A stretch of 64,000 nt of DNA, from assembly GCA_045600485.1 (NCBI GenBank), contig JAZRXX010000084.1, positions 7,449-71,448 on the forward strand, read 5' to 3'. Origin of the DNA: Bacteroidales bacterium. GTDB taxonomy: Bacteria; Bacteroidota; Bacteroidia; Bacteroidales; UBA3663. Below are positions 52,295-61,200 of the stretch, one piece after another (within the stretch, counting starts at the first letter, position 1; each line of letters starts with the position of its first letter). The notes under the pieces were generated by a model, which was not told the DNA's origin, searched no databases, and was given only the letters and a program-made list of their open reading frames with translations. The translations under genes and the position numbers were made by a program.

Positions 52295-52336
52295 TTAAAA
52301 GTTATTAGTTATTAGTTAATAGTTATTAGTTAAAAT
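52295..52336. repeat. Heptanucleotide tandem tract (TTATTAG)n
   Basis: TTAAAAG TTATTAG TTATTAG TTAATAG TTATTAG TTAAAAT, 5 nt upstream of the helicase GTG at 52342. Confidence 0.9.
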
Positions 52337-52341
52337 TCCCT

Positions 52342-54732
52342 GTGCAAGAAATTTTAGCAAGTCTAAATAACTCCCAAAGGGCCGCCGTAGAATTCTGCGA
52401 CGGCCCGCAATTGGTTATTGCAGGTGCTGGTTCAGGCAAGACTCGAGTATTGACTGTCAAGATTGCCTATCTGCTCAAGGTCAAAGGTTACCGTCCGGAC
52501 GAAATCATCGCTTTGACTTTTACCAAAAAGGCAGCTACCGAGATGCAGGAACGTATCCAACAATTGGTAGGTGGAAACTCTGCCAAACGAATCTGGATGG
52601 GCACGTTTCACTCTCTCTTCACCCGAATTTTGCGACGTGAAGCCGAACGTATCGGGTTCAAGCACGATTTTACCATCTATGACCAACAGGATTCCCGTAA
52701 CCTGGTCAAGGCCATCATCAAGGAGATGGGACTCGACGACAAACAATACAAGCCGAACGCGATTCACAGCCAGATCAGCAATGCCAAGAACAGTCTGATT
52801 ACTCCGGGCATGTATGCTGCCAATCGCGAACTGATCCAAATGGACACAATGGCAAAACGTCCCAAGGTTGCCGAAATATATCAGCGATACTGGAACAGAT
52901 GCTATCAGGCTGGAGCAATGGACTTCGACGACCTGTTGCTCTACACCAACATTCTCTTCCGCGATCATCCAGAGGTTCTGCAATACTATCAGGATGCTTT
53001 CAAATACGTTCTTGTCGATGAGTATCAAGACACCAACCGCGCCCAGCACCTTATCGTCGAGCAATTGGCACGCAATCATCGACACCTCACTGTGGTTGGC
53101 GACGATGCACAGTCTATCTATTCGTTCCGAGGAGCCAATATCCATAACATTCTCGGATTGAGACAGACCATCCCTGGCACAGAACTCTTCAAACTTGAAC
53201 AGAACTATCGAAGCACCCAAAACATCGTTGATGCGGCCAACAGCCTCATCGCGAAAAACAAGGAACAGATACGCAAGACTGTTTTCAGTCAAAAGGAACG
53301 TGGCTCTCTGATCCGTCTGTCTGGTTGCTATAGCGATCTCGAGGAGTCATACCAGACAGCACTTCGCATCGAAGAACTACACACAGAATCCGGCTATGCC
53401 TATCGCGACATTGCCATCTTGTATCGAACCAATGCACAAAGCCGTACATTGGAAGAAGCGCTACGCAAACGAGGCATCGAATACAAGATCTACGGAGGGT
53501 TGTCTTTCTACCAGCGCAAAGAGATCAAAGATGTGATTTCTATGCTGCGACTCATCACCAATCCTGCCGATGAAGAAGCTTTCAAGCGTGTCCTCAAAGA
53601 GACTCCGACGGGCATTGGCGATACAACTCGCGACAAGATAAGCCAGGCAATCTCTCTGGCTGCCTCACAGCAGCGACATCTCACCTTCTTCGAAGTGGCT
53701 GGCAATCCAGATGCCTACATCTCAGTCAACACCGGCACCAAAAGCAAACTGGCCCTTTTTGTTCAACAGATTCACGATGCGCAAGCCTTCGCAGCGGTCA
53801 ACAATGTGCATGACACCGTCTTGGAACTGATACGCAGATTCCGTTACAACGAGGTCTTGGCCAACGATACCACGATCGAAGGTATCTCGAAGAAAGAGAA
53901 TGTTCAGGAGTTGGTCGATTCAATTCATCAGGCAGTGCTCGACTATCGCGAAGAGGGTAACGGAGAACTGACCATCACCGACTATCTCTCGACGATCTCG
54001 CTCGATGAACCAGATCCGAACAAAGAGGAACCGGAACACGATTTCGTTGCCTTGATGACAATCCATCAAGCCAAAGGTCTGGAGTTCAAGAATGTCTTTA
54101 TTGTGGGTGTCGAAGAGAATCTCCTGCCATCTGATATGTCTATTGACATGCCAAGTGGCGTCGAAGAGGAACGACGTCTCTTCTATGTGGCCATCACGCG
54201 TGCCGAAGAGAATTGCTGGCTTTCGTACACAACCTCACGCTTCCGCAATGGCAAGTCCGACAAGTGCCGGCCATCGCGCTTCTTAAAGGACATCGATCCT
54301 CGTTTTATCGAAAAAATCGGGAACACTCCCCAATCCGTCGATTATAGTCAAAATGGCGGTGGCATGTTTTCTAACGGATCGTATCGCAATCCATTCGAGC
54401 CACCTCGCCGAGAGATTGAAACGCAACGCAGAGAATTTGTGCCAAGTGCCCGTACCATTGTGCCGTCTTCTCCATCGCCCAAACCTTCTCCAATGGATTT
54501 GAATCATCCTCGCAAAGTCGCTGTTCGTACTGGAGAGCTATCATCGGCCACAACCTTGACTTATGGAGGCAAGCTACTGACCGTTGGCACACGTATTGTT
54601 CACGAACGATTTGGTAAAGGTACCATACAAGAACTTTCAGGCGAAGGAGACAGCGCTCGCATTTCGGTTCATTTCGATGCGATGGGCAACAAGACCATTC
54701 TCCTAAAGTTTGCAAAATTTAGTCTTGAATAA
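52342..54732 (+). CDS. UvrD/PcrA/Rep-family ATP-dependent DNA helicase
   Basis: It has Walker A AGAGSGKT, DEYQDTN, and a C-terminal Tudor-like tail (HERFGKGTI). It has a GTG start. Confidence 0.9.
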   Translation: MQEILASLNNSQRAAVEFCDGPQLVIAGAGSGKTRVLTVKIAYLLKVKGYRPDEIIALTFTKKAATEMQERIQQLVGGNSAKRIWMGTFHSLFTRILRREAERIGFKHDFTIYDQQDSRNLVKAIIKEMGLDDKQYKPNAIHSQISNAKNSLITPGMYAANRELIQMDTMAKRPKVAEIYQRYWNRCYQAGAMDFDDLLLYTNILFRDHPEVLQYYQDAFKYVLVDEYQDTNRAQHLIVEQLARNHRHLTVVGDDAQSIYSFRGANIHNILGLRQTIPGTELFKLEQNYRSTQNIVDAANSLIAKNKEQIRKTVFSQKERGSLIRLSGCYSDLEESYQTALRIEELHTESGYAYRDIAILYRTNAQSRTLEEALRKRGIEYKIYGGLSFYQRKEIKDVISMLRLITNPADEEAFKRVLKETPTGIGDTTRDKISQAISLAASQQRHLTFFEVAGNPDAYISVNTGTKSKLALFVQQIHDAQAFAAVNNVHDTVLELIRRFRYNEVLANDTTIEGISKKENVQELVDSIHQAVLDYREEGNGELTITDYLSTISLDEPDPNKEEPEHDFVALMTIHQAKGLEFKNVFIVGVEENLLPSDMSIDMPSGVEEERRLFYVAITRAEENCWLSYTTSRFRNGKSDKCRPSRFLKDIDPRFIEKIGNTPQSVDYSQNGGGMFSNGSYRNPFEPPRREIETQRREFVPSARTIVPSSPSPKPSPMDLNHPRKVAVRTGELSSATTLTYGGKLLTVGTRIVHERFGKGTIQELSGEGDSARISVHFDAMGNKTILLKFAKFSLE

Positions 54733-54774
54733 AGATTTTTCTAACAAAGATTTGTTTGTTTCAAAAAAACTCTG

Positions 54775-54782
54775 TATCTTTG
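54775..54782 (+). promoter_or_regulatory. Bacteroidetes-type -7 box TAnnTTTG (tRNA-Arg)
   Basis: TATCTTTG, 11 nt upstream of tRNA position 1. TTTG at 54751-54754 sits at -33-like spacing. Confidence 0.55.
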
Positions 54783-54793
54783 CGCTCCGAAAT

Positions 54794-54867
54794 GGTTCCG
54801 TAGCTTAGCTGAATAGAGCGTCAGATTCCGGTTCTGAAGGTCGTGGGTTTGAATCCCACCGGAATCA
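54794..54867 (+). tRNA. tRNA-Arg (anticodon CCG)
   Basis: I folded the cloverleaf by hand. The acceptor stem is GGTTCCG/CGGAATC, the D stem GCTT/GAGC, and the anticodon stem TCAGA/TCTGA with loop TTCCGGT (anticodon CCG). The T arm is GTGGG-TTTGAAT-CCCAC and the discriminator is A. No CCA is encoded. Confidence 0.9.
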
Positions 54868-54873
54868 CTACCA

Positions 54874-54907
54874 AAACTGTCGTTTTTCGGAACGGCAGTT
54901 TGTTTTT
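54874..54907 (+). terminator. Intrinsic terminator after tRNA-Arg
   Basis: AAACTGTCG-tttttcggaa-CGGCAGTTT forms 9 bp including one G-T pair. It is followed by GTTTTT. Confidence 0.6.
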
Positions 54908-55075
54908 CAAGGCAGTCCGATGCCTCACGCATCATTATAAGATGCTCATTTTTACTAATTTACACTTTTGTCAATTCTATAAGCTTGGTTACAATTAATA
55001 TTTAACCTGCTTGCAGAATTGATTTTTCTGTTATAATGGTTTGGACATGCCTGGACAATCCCCAAAAACAGGGTT

Positions 55076-55120
55076 TGCTCTACATGCTCTACAAATCTCA
55101 TTAATTTTGCTCTACAAATC
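55076..55120. repeat. Direct repeats TGCTCTACA(AATC) x3 between tRNA-Arg and the integrase
   Basis: The copies start at 55076 (9 nt), 55085 (13 nt) and 55108 (13 nt). Confidence 0.85.
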
Positions 55121-55211
55121 AAAGTAGGCAAAAATGAGGGAATTCGTCCAAATCCATTAATGAGGACTGACAGAGGAAACAAGATGCTGGCGCAAACGTA
55201 ATTCAAAAAAA

Positions 55212-56420
55212 ATGAAAAAGAATTTCGTTACCCCTGTGTTCAACCGTAGAAAGGATCTTGAGAAGAAAGGTTTTAGCAAGGTCGAGTTATTAATCTGTCT
55301 GACACGTAAAGACAAAAAGTACATCTCTATCAAAGAGTGCAATCAGAAGGAATGGGATTTATATCAGCATAGCTCAGAACTGAGAGCACAAGTAGCACTC
55401 TACAATGACATCGTCAACAAGATGTATGACCGCAATGAAGAGATGACCGTTGCCAACTTCAACGAGCGCATTGGTATCAAGGATCGGAAGTCAGAGAAGA
55501 AGGAAATGGAGAAACGCATATTCTCCCCTACCAGTTTCATCGACTTCATGCGCGAGGAACTTGCCAAAGAGAAGATTGTTGAAGGCACACGCAAGCATAC
55601 GAAAGGCGCCATCGATGCCATTGAGGAGTTTGGCAGACTGAACAGGTTTGCCGATCTCACCCCGAAGAATGTAAAGGCATTCGATGAAGCCATGAGATCA
55701 GTGGTAACTTCGAAGGGCAAGGTCAGAACTGATACCACCGTTGACAACTATCACAAGGTGCTGAAGAAGTATGCCCGACTTGCCTACGAATATGACTACA
55801 TCGAGAAGAATCCTTACGAGCATCCAATGTGTCACTTCAAGAAAGGCGAGTGCGCAGAACGTCAGCCTCTCAATGAAGCAGAACTGAAGAAACTCATCTC
55901 GATGCAGTTTATCTGCAATAAGAAGGAAACAGCCCGAGACCTCTTCATCTTCAGTGCCTACACAGGACTTGCCTACATTGATGCACAAAGCTTCGACTTC
56001 GAGAACATGACCGAGAAGATCGGAGATACATATTATATAGATGGCGCGCGCGTAAAGACAGGACAGGCATTCTTCACTCCGATATTGCCTCCTGCCATGG
56101 AGATTCTGAAGAAGTACGACTACAATCTTCCGAAGATCTCCAATCAGAAGCTTAACGATTATCTGCATCTGGTGCAGTCCGAGGCAAATATAACCAAAAA
56201 CATGACGAGCCACGTTGCGAGACATTCCTTCGCTACCCTTCTCATCTCATATGGTGTACCTATCGAGAATGTTGCGAAGATGATGGGACACGCAGAGATC
56301 AAGACCACGCAGATGTATGCCAAGGTCATGAAAGAGACCGTCGATAAGTTCACTCAGAACCTCCTTCGCGAGATGACTCCTCAGAAGAAAAAAGTAGGAA
56401 GACCCAAGAAGACTGCCTAA
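55212..56420 (+). CDS. Tyrosine-type site-specific integrase (Bacteroidetes IntDOT-like family)
   Basis: 402 aa. It has HxxR (HVARHSFATLL) and a catalytic Tyr (TTQMYAKV). Box I reads AYTGLAY, with Ala where the canonical Arg I sits and an Arg 12 residues upstream, as I recall for IntDOT. It lies 345 nt downstream of the tRNA-Arg. Confidence 0.9.
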   Translation: MKKNFVTPVFNRRKDLEKKGFSKVELLICLTRKDKKYISIKECNQKEWDLYQHSSELRAQVALYNDIVNKMYDRNEEMTVANFNERIGIKDRKSEKKEMEKRIFSPTSFIDFMREELAKEKIVEGTRKHTKGAIDAIEEFGRLNRFADLTPKNVKAFDEAMRSVVTSKGKVRTDTTVDNYHKVLKKYARLAYEYDYIEKNPYEHPMCHFKKGECAERQPLNEAELKKLISMQFICNKKETARDLFIFSAYTGLAYIDAQSFDFENMTEKIGDTYYIDGARVKTGQAFFTPILPPAMEILKKYDYNLPKISNQKLNDYLHLVQSEANITKNMTSHVARHSFATLLISYGVPIENVAKMMGHAEIKTTQMYAKVMKETVDKFTQNLLREMTPQKKKVGRPKKTA

Positions 56421-58204
56421 TCAATACGAATATCTGACATGCGATAAGCTGTCATCTTCAATAACTGCTGCATTCCAGATTCGGTGAATGTGGCGGTTAT
56501 TTTTTCTGCCAGGTACTTCTTTCCATGGATGTAGAAGATACTGTGAACGTCGGGAATAGTATCAGACAGGAAGGAGAAAGTATATTTGACAGAAGCGTCC
56601 ACCTCATGCTGCGTCTGGCGGTAATTAAAAGCCTCTTTGCTCGTCAGACGGAGATTATAAGGGTTATACTTACTGGTATTATCTGGCAGCACCTCAACAC
56701 TATCCACAAAGGGATGCGGAGCAGATGGATAGTAGTAGAAAATGTTATCTGGCCAGAATGCGACATAGAGCTTATCAAAGAACTCCTCTCGCTTAGAATC
56801 TCCATTGTTGATGATATTCACAGAAATGGTCTGGTTCTCGTCAGAATCAGCACCTGTATCGTCGCCCAGGTCGCCACAATCCACGAAAATCATATCACCC
56901 AAAGCAAGGGTTGTCTCATCAATACAAGCTGGCACAATCTTCATTTCACGCACCTCTGCATCCTTATAGTCAGGATGAATACGCGGACCGAAATTATTGA
57001 TCACCTGAAGGCGTTGCACATGGACAGTCTGCTTCTTGCTATTCTGATAGGTACGCATAGCCCGGATTACAAAGTAGGTATCATCAGGAGTGCAATAATG
57101 AATGCACTTATAGTAACTGCTATCAAAGGTACCGACTTTTTCAAGATATGGTTGGAGGGTGGTTCTCATCGTATAGAGGTTGTTCCATCTTACGATATTC
57201 ATCTTCGAGAACACCCATGGACAGGAATAGAACTTTGCCAACTGGTGACCACCGTCGGCATAGGCCAGGTTCTGCTGTTCAAAGAAAGTGTTTTGAGCCT
57301 CCTCCTTGTCCGTAATCTCCACCTTATGCGAGTCAATCACCTTGTCAATGGACACGACAGGCGAAGTAGCCAGACGCGACGCATTGAAAGAGAACTTGAT
57401 GGATCGAGCCTGGTCGTCCACCACGAACTCACCGCCGAGGAAGCACTCCACCTCGTCGAGGAACTCCGTAATAGTCCAATGAGGAAGGACGGCGTTACGG
57501 GCAGGGATATTCCAAGCGGCAGGAAGAGCGTTGCAGATGATCAAATACTTCCAATAGGAGTTTTCAATAGCCGAAATGTCATAGCGATAGTCCGTGGCAT
57601 CAAGGATACGTTTGAGTATGTCGAGGAAGAAAGGTTGACCGACGAGCGTTGACTGATATCTATCCCAGATGTAGTCTCTGCCAGGATCCATCGCATGAAG
57701 GGGGTTCTGAATGTTGCCTGACGTGTTATTCACCCAAGGAAGGCAGACAAAACCGAAGTAGTCAAAATCGCGTTTGGCACGATCCAACTGACTCTCATAG
57801 GAAGCCAGATAGTAACGCGGCTCCTCCGTCGCCTTTACCTGCACCGACGGCATAGGTATCTCATTGATGTATGTCTTATCGAGAGGCGTGGCGAAGTTGC
57901 GGACAGAACGCCCCTGCAGAAACTGCGTCTTCACCTCCAGCTCATTGATCTCGACGATATTCACTGAGCCCACAGCGTGAAAGTTGCGGTCATGAATCTC
58001 GCAATCGAGCAGCAAGGTATTGAGGTCAGCATCCTTTCGGTCAATATATCCGAAGATGTCACGGTTCTGGGGACATCCCTTCAGAGGAAAGGTGATGCTG
58101 AGCGTATAGGCATCAGCACCCGTAAAGAAAGAGTTCTCAGAGATGAAATCGAAAGAGACGCCCTTCTTCAGGGCAGCCTCCTTTCCGTTGATTAGAATGG
58201 TCAT
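56417..58204 (-). CDS. Phage-associated hypothetical protein (position suggests a distal tail/baseplate role)
   Basis: 595 aa, immediately downstream of the tape-measure gene on the same strand. It contains no motif I recognise. The 375-aa antisense ORF has an antisense-like composition. Confidence 0.6.
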   Translation of the reverse strand: MTILINGKEAALKKGVSFDFISENSFFTGADAYTLSITFPLKGCPQNRDIFGYIDRKDADLNTLLLDCEIHDRNFHAVGSVNIVEINELEVKTQFLQGRSVRNFATPLDKTYINEIPMPSVQVKATEEPRYYLASYESQLDRAKRDFDYFGFVCLPWVNNTSGNIQNPLHAMDPGRDYIWDRYQSTLVGQPFFLDILKRILDATDYRYDISAIENSYWKYLIICNALPAAWNIPARNAVLPHWTITEFLDEVECFLGGEFVVDDQARSIKFSFNASRLATSPVVSIDKVIDSHKVEITDKEEAQNTFFEQQNLAYADGGHQLAKFYSCPWVFSKMNIVRWNNLYTMRTTLQPYLEKVGTFDSSYYKCIHYCTPDDTYFVIRAMRTYQNSKKQTVHVQRLQVINNFGPRIHPDYKDAEVREMKIVPACIDETTLALGDMIFVDCGDLGDDTGADSDENQTISVNIINNGDSKREEFFDKLYVAFWPDNIFYYYPSAPHPFVDSVEVLPDNTSKYNPYNLRLTSKEAFNYRQTQHEVDASVKYTFSFLSDTIPDVHSIFYIHGKKYLAEKITATFTESGMQQLLKMTAYRMSDIRID

Positions 58205-58207
58205 GGT

Positions 58208-58242
58208 TAATTGATAATGGACAATGGATAATTGATAATTTA
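58208..58242. repeat. Heptanucleotide tandem tract (TAATKGA)n inside the phage-like element
   Basis: TAATTGA TAATGGA CAATGGA TAATTGA TAATTTA. It fills the gap between the TMP stop (58240-42) and the ATG of the 595-aa gene (58204). Confidence 0.85.
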
Positions 58243-61200
58243 CCTTCTGTACTTAGGTGTTTTGTTACGGATCAATCTGTCATACTCGTCCTGCGCCTGC
58301 TTCATACCTGTGTCGCCAGTGACAGAGTTCACTGTGATGAAAGGTTCATCAAGACGCTGCTTGAGAGAGGTCAGAACTTCAGCAAGCTCCTTGCCCGATG
58401 GAGATGCTTCGGGAACAGTGGCATTGTTTTCGATGATGACTCGCTGGGGTGCCTGAGACTGGGCAGACTGAGCGAGGACTGCAGGAGCCGTGATAGAGCG
58501 AGACACATCTTCGGAACTGATATTTCCGATGGTGTTCGTGCGTTGGGCGTAATCCAGTGCCTCAATCAATGGGCGTGTGCGAGGGTTCTTGGTAAGACTC
58601 TGAGAAGCGACCCATTCCCCGGCATGGACTACACCAGCAATCTCATCCACGGCTCCGTCCTTCGTAAAACCACCTTTCGAATAGCCCTGTGCCTCTGATG
58701 CCTGTTGCTGCTTCTTGATAGCTGCCACCTGCATCGCACCGGCTGCTATTGCCATGCCAGCTGCTATTGGTGCCAGGATATAACCGACCATAGGCACGGC
58801 AGCGGCAGAAGAATAGGCATTGATGGCGGCAGAAGCGGTCTGAGCGACGGCCTGAATCACCTGCATGGCGAACATCTTACGGTTCGACTCCTTCTTCGCC
58901 TTGGCAATCTCAGCCTCCTTCTGCTTTTCGAGACGCTTAACCTTGAAATTGTTACCCTCGGCCAGAGAGATCTCGCGGTCGTAGCGACGTTCGATATTGG
59001 AGGTCTGGATTTGTAACTCAGCCTGCAAGATGGTAGTCATCTGCTGGAAGATAGAAGCCATGCCGGACACGAGGGTATCAATGGAACCTGAAATAGCACT
59101 GCCCAGATCAGAGTCCAGGAACTCGATAACAGAATCGTTCCACTTTTCGAAGAAGTTCATATTCTCGTCGGCACCCTCGATGTTGTACTTACGCATCAGA
59201 GCCAGACGAGCCTTCTGAAAAGCCTCCTCAATGCGGAGTTTCTCCTTTGCATTGTCGCCAGCAGCTGCAAGTTCAGCATTATAGACCTCCTTCAGAAGTG
59301 CCATATCTGCGTCGAACTTAGCCTGCCGTTCCTGCGGATTATCCCCGAAATACGAGGCTTTCATCTTGGCGAGTTGATCCTGGTGCTTCTTCTCAGCCGC
59401 CTCATACTCCTTCTGATGCTTGCGCTGGTTGGCAAGCAACTTGTCCTGCAGTTGCTTCTCAGTGTTCAGCCGTTCCTTTGAGCCCTCTTCCTGTAGGTTC
59501 TTGAGGTTGTTCAGATGGGTAATATCCAGTTGCTCGATAGCCTCCTCATAGACCTCATACGTCATTTCAGAGTCGATGAACTTCTGCTTCAGTACCGCCA
59601 TCTGCTCGTTGTAGGATGCGTTCTCTTCCTCAACCGTCTGCTTGTGGGCAGCGTCGGACTGTTTCTTCAGGGCCTCGTAGTAACTTGCCTCGATAGTCAG
59701 GCGTTCCGTAGCGGTCAGATCAGTATGCTTCAGCTTCTTCTGGTTGAACTCGATTTCAATCTCATTCATCCGTTGCGTATAGGCCAGGTATGACTTCTCG
59801 CCCTTAGCGTAAGCGATTCGGTTCAGAGCATCCTCGCGCTCCTTCCATTCCTTTTCGGCAGCGAACTTATTCTTCGGATCTTCTGCGTTTGGATCAAAAT
59901 CCGGGTCAGAGTTATCTTCAACGACAGCCGCTTGTTTGATAGCAGCCTTTTGCAGGTCCTTACCATAGACCTCCATAATCTGCTTTTCAAGCGCCTCCTG
60001 TTCCCGCAGCTGCTTGTCGATGGCATCAATCTCTGCTTGCTTCTTCTCGATGGCAGCGTCCCATGAAGCATTGGCCGTATCATAGATGTAGCCCAAATCC
60101 GTGTCCACAGCAGAGCGACCATGACCTGTAGCCTGTTGCGGCTTTTTCTTATTCGCATCTATCTCCTTTGCTGCCTTTTCCTCCAGTTCAGATTTCTCCT
60201 TCTGCTTGGTGTTCATCTCCAGATTGAGGTCGGTTTTAGCCTTGCCGATAGCCTTCAGTTTGTCCTCGGCGCCCTCAATCTCATACTTTCGGACCAGTGA
60301 ATTGATGTACTCGTCCAGAGCAACCTTATTCTCCACATACTTACCCGAGGTTTCATCGAGGTAAGCATTGTAATCCGGAATGATGCCGTTGAGACGTTCG
60401 ATGGCAGCTTTCCTCTCGTCGAGAGTCAGATTCTCATTCATGGCAGCGTCGCGGAGAAGATTGAGCTGAAGACGCTCTTCCTCCATCTGCTTCGTTGCCT
60501 CTGCCTTGATGCCTTTCATCTCCTTTTCGATCTTCTGTTCCTGTGTGAGTTCCTTCTCATACTGGATCAGATAGACGATGACGGCAGCAATAGCCGCAGC
60601 GATCAAGCCCCAGAGATTCGCTTTCTGAGCAGAGTTCAGGGCGCGTTGAGCAGCAGCTGCACGTTCGAGATTGCCAGTCAGCTTATTGTAGGCGACAGAG
60701 CAATAGAGAACAGCCGTTCGATAGGTAGCCATCACGGCAGCACCCGCTTTGTGAGCAGCCTGGGTGAGCGTCACCCAAGCGTAGTGAGCCTTAAAAGCGA
60801 GGTTGCTGGCATTGATAGCCACCTTATAAGCAACGAGAGCAGCAGTACCCGAAATGATCTCCTTGTGGTACTTGATGACAAAATCAACTACCAAAGAGAG
60901 GAAACGGAGGGTCAGCGAAGTGGAAGAATAGACATGGCGCATGATTGGGAGCAGTTTTTCACCCAATTCAACAGAGAGCTCGGCAATGCGTTTCTTCGCC
61001 TTGTCGAGACCAGCCTGCACCGTATTGTTGAAAATCTCATACTCATGGGAAGCAGACGAAGCCTCCTTGAAGGCCTTGTTAGCCTCCTCCTGTTCCCACT
61101 TCACCATGTCAAGATGCTCGGCAAGCGTAGCGAGGACCTGGGACATGCGGACACCGTCCATTCCCAAGTCCTTGAACAGCGGAGCGAGGACAGCCAGACC

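Noticed and set aside
54741-54935. A 64-aa minus-strand ORF.
   Set aside because: It overlaps the tRNA-Arg gene and its terminator, so it is an artefact.
54955-55342. Small minus-strand ORFs (83 and 61 aa) between the tRNA and int, considered as possible excisionase genes.
   Set aside because: They have no HTH-like or basic Xis-like sequence and a hydrophobic, odd composition. The second overlaps the int start. I treat the region as att/arm-site spacer.
56525-57652. A 375-aa plus-strand ORF antisense to the 595-aa gene.
   Set aside because: It has the same antisense-type composition (L, R, H, I, V rich). The minus-strand frame is longer, starts right after the TMP with a tight intergenic spacer, and reads like a globular protein.
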